A stretch of 64,000 bases of DNA from the NCBI GenBank assembly GCA_965204725.1, contig OZ242005.1, forward strand, positions 3,104,001 through 3,168,000, read 5' to 3'. Made by a program: the position numbers and the translations under genes. Origin of the DNA: Candidatus Latescibacterota bacterium (lineage in GTDB: Bacteria > Latescibacterota > UBA2968 > UBA8231). This document shows, piece by piece, positions 1-8,045 of the stretch. The first letter of the stretch is position 1. Every line of letters begins with the position of its first letter. Under the pieces are notes generated by a model. The model worked only from the letters and a program-made list of their open reading frames with translations. It was not told where the DNA came from and searched no databases.

Positions 1-1989
1 TTGCGCTATTTGCTGGATTACGAAGACGCATTCGACGATGCCAATGAGCTTTTTGAGGAAGCCGAAGCGGAGGGCGTTGTGCGGGCGATTGCGGAAATCA
101 AGGTGCTAGACCCGGCGGTTGGTTCCGGTGCATTTCCAATGGGCGTACTACACAAGCTGACCTTGGCGTTGCAGCGGATTGACCCCGGCAACCTGCGCTG
201 GCAAGCCTTGCAAAAGGAACGCACCAGCGCAAAGGCGGACGCGGCGTTTGAGACCAAGGACCAACGGGAACGCGATGCCGAATTGCTGGAAATTAGCGAA
301 ACCTTTGAGCGGTATTCGGGCGATTTTGGACGCAAGCTGTATCTCATTCAGAACAGCATCTTCGGCGTGGATATTCAGCCCATCGCCTGTCAGATCGCCA
401 AGCTGCGCTTTTTCGTTTCGCTGGCGATAGAGCAGAAGGCCGACGAGACCGCCGACAACTTTGGCATCAAGCCGCTGCCGAATTTGGAGACACGCTTTGT
501 CGCGGCGAACGCGCTGTTGAATCTTGACAAGCCAACCCAAATGCCCCTCGGGCAAACGGAAGCGGTGAATCGGCTGGAACGGGAACTGAACGAAAACCGC
601 GAGCGGCACTTTCATGCGACCACGCGCCAAGACAAGTTGGAGTATCGCCGACAGGACGCTCGGCTACGTAAAGAACTGGCCGCCGAGTTGCAGAGCAGCC
701 TGAGTGCTGCCGCCGCGAACCAAGTCGCGTCATGGGATCCCTACGACCAGAATGCGGATGCGGATTGGTTCGACGCGGAGTATATGTTTGGCATTGCCGA
801 CGGGTTTGACGTGGTGATTGGGAATCCGCCGTATATTGAGTCGAGAAATAGCCTGCTATCGGACGCATTGAAGGATTCTTACGGCAACCAAGTCCAAACC
901 GATTGGGGAGAGACCCTACCTCGTGGGAGCGATCTACTCATTTACTTTTACTCCCGTTCTGTGAAACTCCTAAATGACTTGGGTTGTGGCTGCCTGATTA
1001 CACAAAATGCTTGGCTCAGCACCGACTACGGGCAAGAATTTCAAAGGTTTTCACTCGGAAAACTCTCATTCCAGAAAATCATCGACACTACGGCCAAGTT
1101 CTTTTCTGATGTTAAGAGTCAGAACATCAATGCCGTCATCACAGTTTTTACCAAGAACCATTTGCAAGATATAGAATACGGAGTTGTAAACAGCGACATG
1201 GAGGTCGTTGAGAGAAGAACCATTGAAGCGAGACAAACAATGAAATGGGGGCATCTTTTTTCTATGCCGCAATTCTATGCAGATGTATTAGCAAAAGTAT
1301 CTGCCACTTCGGGTACGGGAAATACAATCACCTTTGGGCAAGGAATAAATTTTCCCAAGAGGAAACTAAACGAGGGTGATGCCAAGGTACCCGTCATCGT
1401 CAAGGACGCGCAATTTGTTGCCTTTTCTGCTGACGGAAGAGTACGAGGACGCGAGATTAGCAGCCGTAGAAAAAACAAAATACCAGCACTTATTATGCCG
1501 CGTGGGATAGGAGATCGCCACTATTGTACCTTTAATTTGTGCAAGGCGTTTTCATACAGCCATGTGGAGTTGTACCTGCCCAGTGACCTTTGGGAATCAG
1601 AAATGCACTATTGCCTATGGGCTTACATGAATTCTTCTTTTGTCTGGTTATTCAGAGAAATTACCGGCCGGAAGAATCTCGGCGGCGGTATGTTGAAAGC
1701 CGAAGCGACTGACATGAAGACATTGCCTGTCAACGTTAGCTTCAATTTTGCCAAGGATGCAAAGGAAGTGTTTGAGAGCATCAAAGATAGGGAGCCGATG
1801 TCTGTTTCGGAAGAGATTTACACAGATGAGCATGTACTCATAGACGACATGGTGGCCGACGCTCTCGGCTTTAAGGATCTGTTGGAAAGTATTAAGGAAA
1901 CCCTAGTTCGGCAGGTAGATTCCCGCTTGTCCAAAGCGCAATCTGTTAGGAGACCAAAACATGGCTATATCGGTTCAACTTCCTCGTGA
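1..1989 (+). CDS. Type IIG (Eco57I-like) restriction-modification enzyme, N6-adenine MTase + TRD part; 5'-truncated by window edge
   Basis: Motif I VLDPAVGSGAF, FGVDIQPIACQIAKLR, motif IV FDVVIGNPPY, followed by a TRD-like C-terminal region. Confidence 0.85.
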   Translation: MRYLLDYEDAFDDANELFEEAEAEGVVRAIAEIKVLDPAVGSGAFPMGVLHKLTLALQRIDPGNLRWQALQKERTSAKADAAFETKDQRERDAELLEISETFERYSGDFGRKLYLIQNSIFGVDIQPIACQIAKLRFFVSLAIEQKADETADNFGIKPLPNLETRFVAANALLNLDKPTQMPLGQTEAVNRLERELNENRERHFHATTRQDKLEYRRQDARLRKELAAELQSSLSAAAANQVASWDPYDQNADADWFDAEYMFGIADGFDVVIGNPPYIESRNSLLSDALKDSYGNQVQTDWGETLPRGSDLLIYFYSRSVKLLNDLGCGCLITQNAWLSTDYGQEFQRFSLGKLSFQKIIDTTAKFFSDVKSQNINAVITVFTKNHLQDIEYGVVNSDMEVVERRTIEARQTMKWGHLFSMPQFYADVLAKVSATSGTGNTITFGQGINFPKRKLNEGDAKVPVIVKDAQFVAFSADGRVRGREISSRRKNKIPALIMPRGIGDRHYCTFNLCKAFSYSHVELYLPSDLWESEMHYCLWAYMNSSFVWLFREITGRKNLGGGMLKAEATDMKTLPVNVSFNFAKDAKEVFESIKDREPMSVSEEIYTDEHVLIDDMVADALGFKDLLESIKETLVRQVDSRLSKAQSVRRPKHGYIGSTSS

Positions 1990-2188
1990 TGCGGAACAAC
2001 GGCTTGATTTTCTGGCGGCGCAAACGGGGCGCACCAAGGACGTCTGCCTACGCGAAGTTATAGAACGGGGCCTTGAGGATATGGAGGACTACTACCTCAC
2101 GGCCGAAGTCCTGAAGCGCGTCCGAAACGGTGAGGAGCAGGTGTACTCTGCTGCTGAGGTAAAAAAAGCCCTTGGCTTGGACGATTGA
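1961..2188 (+). CDS. RelB/CopG-like ribbon-helix-helix antitoxin
   Basis: MAISVQLP..EQRLDFLAAQTGRTK..LREVIERGLEDMEDYY pattern with acidic C-terminus; overlaps a RelE-like start; GGAG-type RBS upstream. Confidence 0.8.
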   Translation: MAISVQLPRDAEQRLDFLAAQTGRTKDVCLREVIERGLEDMEDYYLTAEVLKRVRNGEEQVYSAAEVKKALGLDD

Positions 2189-2345
2189 GTACACCGAGAC
2201 CGCTGTCGATCGACTTCGCAAACTGGACAAACAGATGGCTCGTCGTATTGTCGTGAAGTGTATTTCAGGAGGAAAATCTGATGAGTACGCATTGGCTGGA
2301 TATACAGAGTTTCCAACAAAGTCAGGAACTTCTGTCGGCGATTAA
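2172..2345 (+). pseudogene. Truncated RelE/ParE-family toxin (only about 27 N-terminal residues are RelE-like)
   Basis: TTG at 2172 reads MAWTIEYTETAVDRLRKLDKQMARRIV, then unrelated sequence to TAA 2343-2345; the C-terminal WRYRVGDYR-type motif is absent. Confidence 0.7.
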
Positions 2346-2733
2346 TACCCTGTCTATTCACCGTAAATTGACTGACAAGGGGCATCCTGATACGGATAGA
2401 AAAGAAGCCGCGGAACAGGCTCTGGAAACCCTTGTTGCTTTTTTTGAGAAACTGGATAAGATCGTTCAGGACATCGAAGATGGGCATCGGAAGCCTATCC
2501 TAGGTGTGGATGCACGGTTGCGTCATTTGGCGGAAAATTACGTTTATGCAAAACGTTATCAAGGACAATCTCGTTCCCCATTCTCCGAACACCCTCTTTC
2601 TCAAGTTAGACCGTTATTCTATTCTAAATGTCCTGAAGATCGCCGCGAAGCCTTAAAAATACTGGAGGCTTTTCGTGAACTACTTGAGGAGCATGTTAGT
2701 GTTGATGCGAAGCGATTGCTAGGAGATATCTAA
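2281..2733 (+). CDS. Hypothetical alpha-helical protein (150 aa)
   Basis: ORF with strong AGGAGG RBS at ~2267; lower GC than the core genes; abuts the next gene. Confidence 0.75.
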   Translation: MSTHWLDIQSFQQSQELLSAINTLSIHRKLTDKGHPDTDRKEAAEQALETLVAFFEKLDKIVQDIEDGHRKPILGVDARLRHLAENYVYAKRYQGQSRSPFSEHPLSQVRPLFYSKCPEDRREALKILEAFRELLEEHVSVDAKRLLGDI

Positions 2734-3849
2734 TTGTTTCATATCCTCCGACAAAACAACGCTGATTTACTTCGGGAGATTGTCAGGCTCAAAGAAATTC
2801 TTTACAACAGCCGGGAGACTTTTCCAGAAGAACTCACGCCGTACTATACTTGGGTCGTTGAGAAATGTGTTGACCTACATCGGAACGTGAGGCAAAATCT
2901 CCAAGATATCGATCTTCAGCAGCAAGATATAGTCCCCGATATTCTGAGTAGGACACAGGTCGTTGAACAGGAATTTCGTCTGTTCAATCAGCGATGGGTT
3001 AGCCCTGTTTTGCGTACACTGTCTTCGGATCGCCTCTGCCTGAAGATACTGCGCTGGCTCCACGCATCCAATCCCAGCACTGAGCATATTCCCGTTGCAT
3101 TCAGCGATGACGAATTCAGTATCTTGCCTATGGAGCCATCGATTTATTTTATGCCGCCTTCATCTCAACACGGGCTTCTTTATCTTCCACTCTTTTTTCA
3201 CGAATACGGTCATCTTCTATATAGCTGTCACAAGCTAGAAATGGACGATCTAACAAGTAGTTTTCAGACAGCCCTTGAAGACCTTCTTCGGCCTAATGTA
3301 CAGCGCAATGACCTCCACGCTCAAGAGGAGGGAACAAAGCGAGTCACCATCATTGAGACTTGGTATGGGTGGATGCAGGAGGTATTTTGCGACGCTATTG
3401 GATTCTGCATCGGTGGCTCTGCTTTTCTCAGGGCCTTTTCTATGTATCTTAGAATGAACGGACGAAGTGAGTTTAAGGTCCCTGTTGACGAATTGGTGCA
3501 TAGATCTCACCCGGTTACTTTTCTAAGAGTTCGGCTGCTTTCTGACCTAGTCAGGAGGATGGGATACAACGCTGAAGCCGATAAATTGGAAGAAGAATGG
3601 GAGAAAATTGCTCAGGCTATAGGGATTGTCGAAGATTATTTTGGATACTATGAGGAACCTTTTCTGCCTGAGCTACGGCAGACCATTGATGATATGCTGG
3701 TTGAAGCTGCCCCCCAAATGTTTAGCGGTGAAAAAGAAGGGTCTCCCGTGGGCCTTTTGAATCAGGCTTGGCGAAAATTCGATGCTGACTTCGACGCTTA
3801 CTCGGACTGGGAAACACAGGTTATTGAAAATTTTCTCAAAGATGAATAG
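2734..3849 (+). CDS. Hypothetical protein with zincin-type HExxH motif (putative metallopeptidase)
   Basis: FHEYGH, downstream EVFCD (candidate third ligand E) and SHP...R, an M48-like motif order; starts right after the previous stop. Confidence 0.65.
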   Translation: MFHILRQNNADLLREIVRLKEILYNSRETFPEELTPYYTWVVEKCVDLHRNVRQNLQDIDLQQQDIVPDILSRTQVVEQEFRLFNQRWVSPVLRTLSSDRLCLKILRWLHASNPSTEHIPVAFSDDEFSILPMEPSIYFMPPSSQHGLLYLPLFFHEYGHLLYSCHKLEMDDLTSSFQTALEDLLRPNVQRNDLHAQEEGTKRVTIIETWYGWMQEVFCDAIGFCIGGSAFLRAFSMYLRMNGRSEFKVPVDELVHRSHPVTFLRVRLLSDLVRRMGYNAEADKLEEEWEKIAQAIGIVEDYFGYYEEPFLPELRQTIDDMLVEAAPQMFSGEKEGSPVGLLNQAWRKFDADFDAYSDWETQVIENFLKDE

Positions 3850-3893
3850 ACACCGATATTTACCTAATCCCCCTCACGCTTGGAGATCATCCA

Positions 3894-4847
3894 ATGAACG
3901 CCATACCCTATTCTCGCCGCACCTTTCTCAAGCTGTCGGCTGCCACGGCCGCCGGCCTTTCCATAAGTGCTGCTCCGTCCCACCGCGACATGCCCCATCG
4001 GGTCTTGGGTCGCACGGGCGAAGCCGTCTCCCTGCTCGGGTTGGGGGGCGCGCATATAGCTGACCACGGCAACATGGAGGAGAAAGAGGCCATCGCCTTG
4101 ATGCACGCGGCCATCGACGAGGGGATCAACTTCTTCGACAACGCTTGGGGGTACTCCAACGGCGAGAGCGAAGAGCGCATGGGCAAGGCACTGCGCGGCG
4201 GCTACCGCGACCGCGTATTTCTAATGACCAAGGACGCGAGCCGCCACCCCAAGCGAGCGATTGCCCACCTCGAAGAGAGCTTGCGCCGGCTGCAAACCGA
4301 CGCGATTGACCTGTGGCAGTTTCACAATATCAGACGGCCCGACGACCCAAAGCGGATATACGAGCAGGGCCTGTTGGAGGCCGCGCTCAAAGCCAAAGAG
4401 GAGGGCAAAATTCGCTACATCGGCTTCACCGGCCATACCTTGCCCGCCCTGCATGTGGAGATGATCGAGCGCGGCTTTGCTTGGGACGCCACGCAGATGC
4501 CGGTCAACGTGTTCGACCCGCACTACCTCAGCTTTGTCGAGGATGTGCTGCCGGTCGCCGTGGAAAGGAACATCGGGGTCATTGCCATGAAGACCTTGGC
4601 GGGTTCGCCCGGAGCGATTCTCGCAACGGGCGCGGCCACGGCGGCCGAGTGCCTGCGCTACGCCATGAGCTTGCCGGTAGCGACCGTATGTTCTGGAATG
4701 GATTCGCTGGAAAAATTGCGGCAGAATGCGGCCATCGCCCGGCAGTTCGCGCCCTTAGCCGACGACGAGCGGCTCGCGCTTTTGGCACGCACCCAAGAGC
4801 AGGGGATGCAGGGCGAACACGAGTCGTACAAGGCTCGCCAGCCTTGA
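3894..4847 (+). CDS. Aldo/keto reductase with Tat signal peptide
   Basis: SRRTFLK twin-arginine motif; GINFFDNAWGY, VFLMTK, SLRRLQTDAIDLWQFH, KIRYIGFTGH. Confidence 0.9.
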   Translation: MNAIPYSRRTFLKLSAATAAGLSISAAPSHRDMPHRVLGRTGEAVSLLGLGGAHIADHGNMEEKEAIALMHAAIDEGINFFDNAWGYSNGESEERMGKALRGGYRDRVFLMTKDASRHPKRAIAHLEESLRRLQTDAIDLWQFHNIRRPDDPKRIYEQGLLEAALKAKEEGKIRYIGFTGHTLPALHVEMIERGFAWDATQMPVNVFDPHYLSFVEDVLPVAVERNIGVIAMKTLAGSPGAILATGAATAAECLRYAMSLPVATVCSGMDSLEKLRQNAAIARQFAPLADDERLALLARTQEQGMQGEHESYKARQP

Positions 4848-7804
4848 GCGTCGCGCCCTTCCTATTTCTCCTTTTTGCCGCGCCCTTGTGGGGGCAAGAC
4901 CTCGGCGTCGCGCCGGCCAAACCCGTCGGCCCTCCCAAGATGGAAAGTGCGCTGTGGGAACGGCTCTCGGCGGCCAAGCCGACCCGCGCAGCAGACGGCC
5001 CACGTGCGGTCGTGGTCTTGGTGCCCGCGGCGGGCGAGGCCGCGACCATTGACACCACAGCGTTAGCCGCCCTCGGCGTCGAGATTCTAGCCCAGTCCAA
5101 GAGCCTGATGCGCGCGTCGGTGCCGACCGCATCGTTGCGGGCGGTGTCTGAGTTACCGAGTGTGGCCTTTGTCCGTCGGCCGTACCGGCCGCACGCGCAA
5201 CAAACCCTTAGCGAAGGCCTAGCGCACATTCGCGCCTTTGAAAACCACGCGGCCGGTGCCCAAGGCCAAGGGGTCAAGGTGGCGGTTATCGACGGGGGAT
5301 TTAAGGGGGCCGATAAACTGAGCGAAGACCTGCCGGTGCGTCGGTGGTATCGCGATTATACGGGCGAGGGGATATACGCCAGCACGAGCGCCCACGGCAC
5401 GGCGTGTGCCGAGGTCATCTACGACGTGGCCCCAGCAGCCGAACTCTATCTGTATAAGGTGGCGGATGAAGTGGATTTGGAGAACGCCAAAGACCGCTGC
5501 ATCCAAAACGGAGTCGCTGTCGTAAACTACTCGGCGACTTGGGTGAACACGGGCTTTGGGGACGGGCGCGGGCTCATCTGCGACATCGTAAACGACGCGG
5601 CCGACCATGGCATCCTCTGGGTCAACGCGGTCGGCAACTACGCCCAAAGGCATTACGCGGGTTTTTGGCACGACAGCGACGCCGACAATCGGCACAATTT
5701 TGCCGCGGGCGATGACGCGGTGAATTTTTTCGCGGAAGTCGGCGACGCCATCCGGGTGACCCTGACTTGGGACGATTGGCCCTCCACCACCGCGGATTAC
5801 GACCTATATCTCTACTATCAAGACGCGCTCGGCAACATCAGAGAGGTCGGCAAAAGCACGGATGTGCAGGGAAACGGCGGCGAGCCGGTGGAGTTTCTCG
5901 AATACTTTGCCGGGATAACGGGCACGTATGGCATTTCCGTGGTACGCGTTGGCGAGGCCGCGCCCAAAAGGCTGCGCGTGTGGTCTTGGCACCACGACAT
6001 TGAATATCCGGTCTCGGCGAGCAGCTTGGGGATTCCGTCGGACGCGCGCGGCGCGCTGAGCGTGGGGGCGATTCACCACGACCAATGGGACTTGGGCACG
6101 CTGGCAAGCTATAGCTCGCGCGGCCCCACCGCCGATGGCCGCATCAAGCCCGACCTCGTCGCGCCAGCGGGCGTGGCAACGGCTTCTTACGGTGCGGATG
6201 GGTTTTCGGGGACCTCGGCGGCCGCTCCCCACGTGGCTGGAGCAGCCGCCCTGCTCAAATCGGCCAATCCTTCGCTCACACGCGACGAGCTGTGGAATGC
6301 CCTCGTCGCGGCCACGGTCAATTTGGGCGCACCGGGCAAGGACGACAGCACGGGCTACGGCAAACTCGTGCTGGCGGTTTCCGTGCCGCAAATTGCCGAG
6401 GTCTCGCCGCGCCTCGTTCAGTACGGCCAAACCCTTACCATCGTCGGTGAGGGGTTCGGCGCAGACAAAGGGACGAGCCAAGTGGTCTTTTTCGGGGGCA
6501 AGCAGCCGAGCGATTCCGACTATCTCGCGTGGAGCGACGCGCAGATTCGAGTGCGCGTACCGACCGGCGCTCGCACCGGCGAGGTGCAGGTGATAACCAG
6601 AAGCGGCCGCGACCGTGCGCAGGTGGTAGTCACGTCGCCTTACATTGAGGCGGTAGCGAATCACACGCGCAGGGACGCGCCAGCCAAGACCGACGATCTC
6701 ATGGAAATTGCCGGCGATAATTTCGGCCTCGTGCGGGGCAATCGTTCCGTGCGGATTGATTCGGTCGCGGTGTCTTGGTTTGAGTCTTGGTCGAATGGGG
6801 CGATACGGTTCCGCGTTCCTCTCAACGCGCCCTCGGGCGACCTGACTGTTGAGACGCCGGAAGGCGTTAGCAATGGCGTCCGCATGGAGATCGCCAGCCC
6901 GTATCTCGCGCAACTTTCGCCGCCGCAAGTGCAGGCTGGCGAGTACCTGACCCTGACCGGCGGCAACTTTGGCTCTGAGCGCGGCGCGGGATACGTTTTG
7001 TTTTACCCCAATGTGCAAGCGGCCGCAGACGATTATGCGGTCTGGTCTAATGGCATCGTCGTCGTCCGGGTTCCGTCCCAAGCCCGCAGCGGTGCGGTGC
7101 GGGTTTTTACCGCCGATGGGGCTACGGGGGTCGCGCAAGTTGAGATTGGCAGCGAGCGGGTAGAGCCGCTGCCGAGCAGCGGAGTTTTCGGCTACAGCCC
7201 GCCCGCCGTTAGCAAAAATCCCAAGAGCGTCCGGTTCGGCTTTGAGGGGATTGAGCGCACGGTCTTGTGCCAGTTTTCGGCCAAGGAAGTAAGCGACGAC
7301 GAGGTCGTCGTTTTCCTCAACGAACAGGAGTACGCCGCGGTGCCAGCGAGCGCGGATTGGACGAAGCGGTATCTCGTCCTTGACGCAACGCAACTGCGCT
7401 CCGGGCAAAACATCATTGAGTTCCGCAACATGCTCAACCAAGGCCGGGCCGCATCCTTTGCCCGCTGGCAGTTGAAAGACGTGGCGTTGTGGAAGCCGTT
7501 TCGCGCTAAGCTGGCGGCCGGGCCGGTGCCGGAAGGCTTGGGCCATCCCTTTCCCACGCCGTTCAACTCGGAAGTGACCATTCCCTTTGCGCTGGCCGAG
7601 GCCGGTCTGGTGAGGATTTCCGTCTATAACTTGATGGGTCAGCCGGTTCGCGTGTTGGCCGATGGCTGGGTGGCGGCTGGCGCACACCGCGTGCGTTGGG
7701 ATGGTCGCACGGCGGCGGGCGCGGAGGCTGCGTCTGGGGTCTATTGGGCCGTGTTGCAAGCAGGGGAGGCCGTTCAAACTGCTAGGTTGGCGTTGATTCG
7801 CTGA
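4844..7804 (+). CDS. Secreted S8 subtilase #1 with 3 IPT/TIG domains and FlgD-Ig/T9SS-like C-terminal domain
   Basis: Triad VAVIDGG / HGTACAE / GTSAAAPH. TTG start at 4844 overlaps the AKR stop (TTGA) and begins a signal peptide ending PLWG-QD; the ORF-track start 4313 is an over-extension. Confidence 0.9.
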   Translation: MSVAPFLFLLFAAPLWGQDLGVAPAKPVGPPKMESALWERLSAAKPTRAADGPRAVVVLVPAAGEAATIDTTALAALGVEILAQSKSLMRASVPTASLRAVSELPSVAFVRRPYRPHAQQTLSEGLAHIRAFENHAAGAQGQGVKVAVIDGGFKGADKLSEDLPVRRWYRDYTGEGIYASTSAHGTACAEVIYDVAPAAELYLYKVADEVDLENAKDRCIQNGVAVVNYSATWVNTGFGDGRGLICDIVNDAADHGILWVNAVGNYAQRHYAGFWHDSDADNRHNFAAGDDAVNFFAEVGDAIRVTLTWDDWPSTTADYDLYLYYQDALGNIREVGKSTDVQGNGGEPVEFLEYFAGITGTYGISVVRVGEAAPKRLRVWSWHHDIEYPVSASSLGIPSDARGALSVGAIHHDQWDLGTLASYSSRGPTADGRIKPDLVAPAGVATASYGADGFSGTSAAAPHVAGAAALLKSANPSLTRDELWNALVAATVNLGAPGKDDSTGYGKLVLAVSVPQIAEVSPRLVQYGQTLTIVGEGFGADKGTSQVVFFGGKQPSDSDYLAWSDAQIRVRVPTGARTGEVQVITRSGRDRAQVVVTSPYIEAVANHTRRDAPAKTDDLMEIAGDNFGLVRGNRSVRIDSVAVSWFESWSNGAIRFRVPLNAPSGDLTVETPEGVSNGVRMEIASPYLAQLSPPQVQAGEYLTLTGGNFGSERGAGYVLFYPNVQAAADDYAVWSNGIVVVRVPSQARSGAVRVFTADGATGVAQVEIGSERVEPLPSSGVFGYSPPAVSKNPKSVRFGFEGIERTVLCQFSAKEVSDDEVVVFLNEQEYAAVPASADWTKRYLVLDATQLRSGQNIIEFRNMLNQGRAASFARWQLKDVALWKPFRAKLAAGPVPEGLGHPFPTPFNSEVTIPFALAEAGLVRISVYNLMGQPVRVLADGWVAAGAHRVRWDGRTAAGAEAASGVYWAVLQAGEAVQTARLALIR

Positions 7805-8045
7805 GCGTTGGTTGAAATTATCGGCGGTATCCCTATTTTTAAGCCGTCCACTTTCTCGCACAGAAACCCGCATGTCGGGTCTTCTGTTGAATACAAGAGC
7901 TGATATAAAGCGGTGGGGGTTGCTCCTCGCCGTCGGTGAATAGACAGAGCGTTCCCGCATGACTCTGTGCGCGAAGGTGGACAAGGCCCGGCTCCCCAAT
8001 GCCGTGGGAGCCGCTTTCCCCTTCCCCTAACGCGGAGAGTATCTC

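Noticed and set aside
4313-4843. 177-codon N-terminal extension of subtilase #1 in the ORF track
   Set aside because: It overlaps the aldo/keto reductase in another frame; the paralog-like signal peptide begins at TTG 4844
5804-7999. 731-aa minus-strand ORF and many similar long antisense ORFs across the window
   Set aside because: Shadow ORFs of GC-rich genes on the opposite strand; no recognisable motifs
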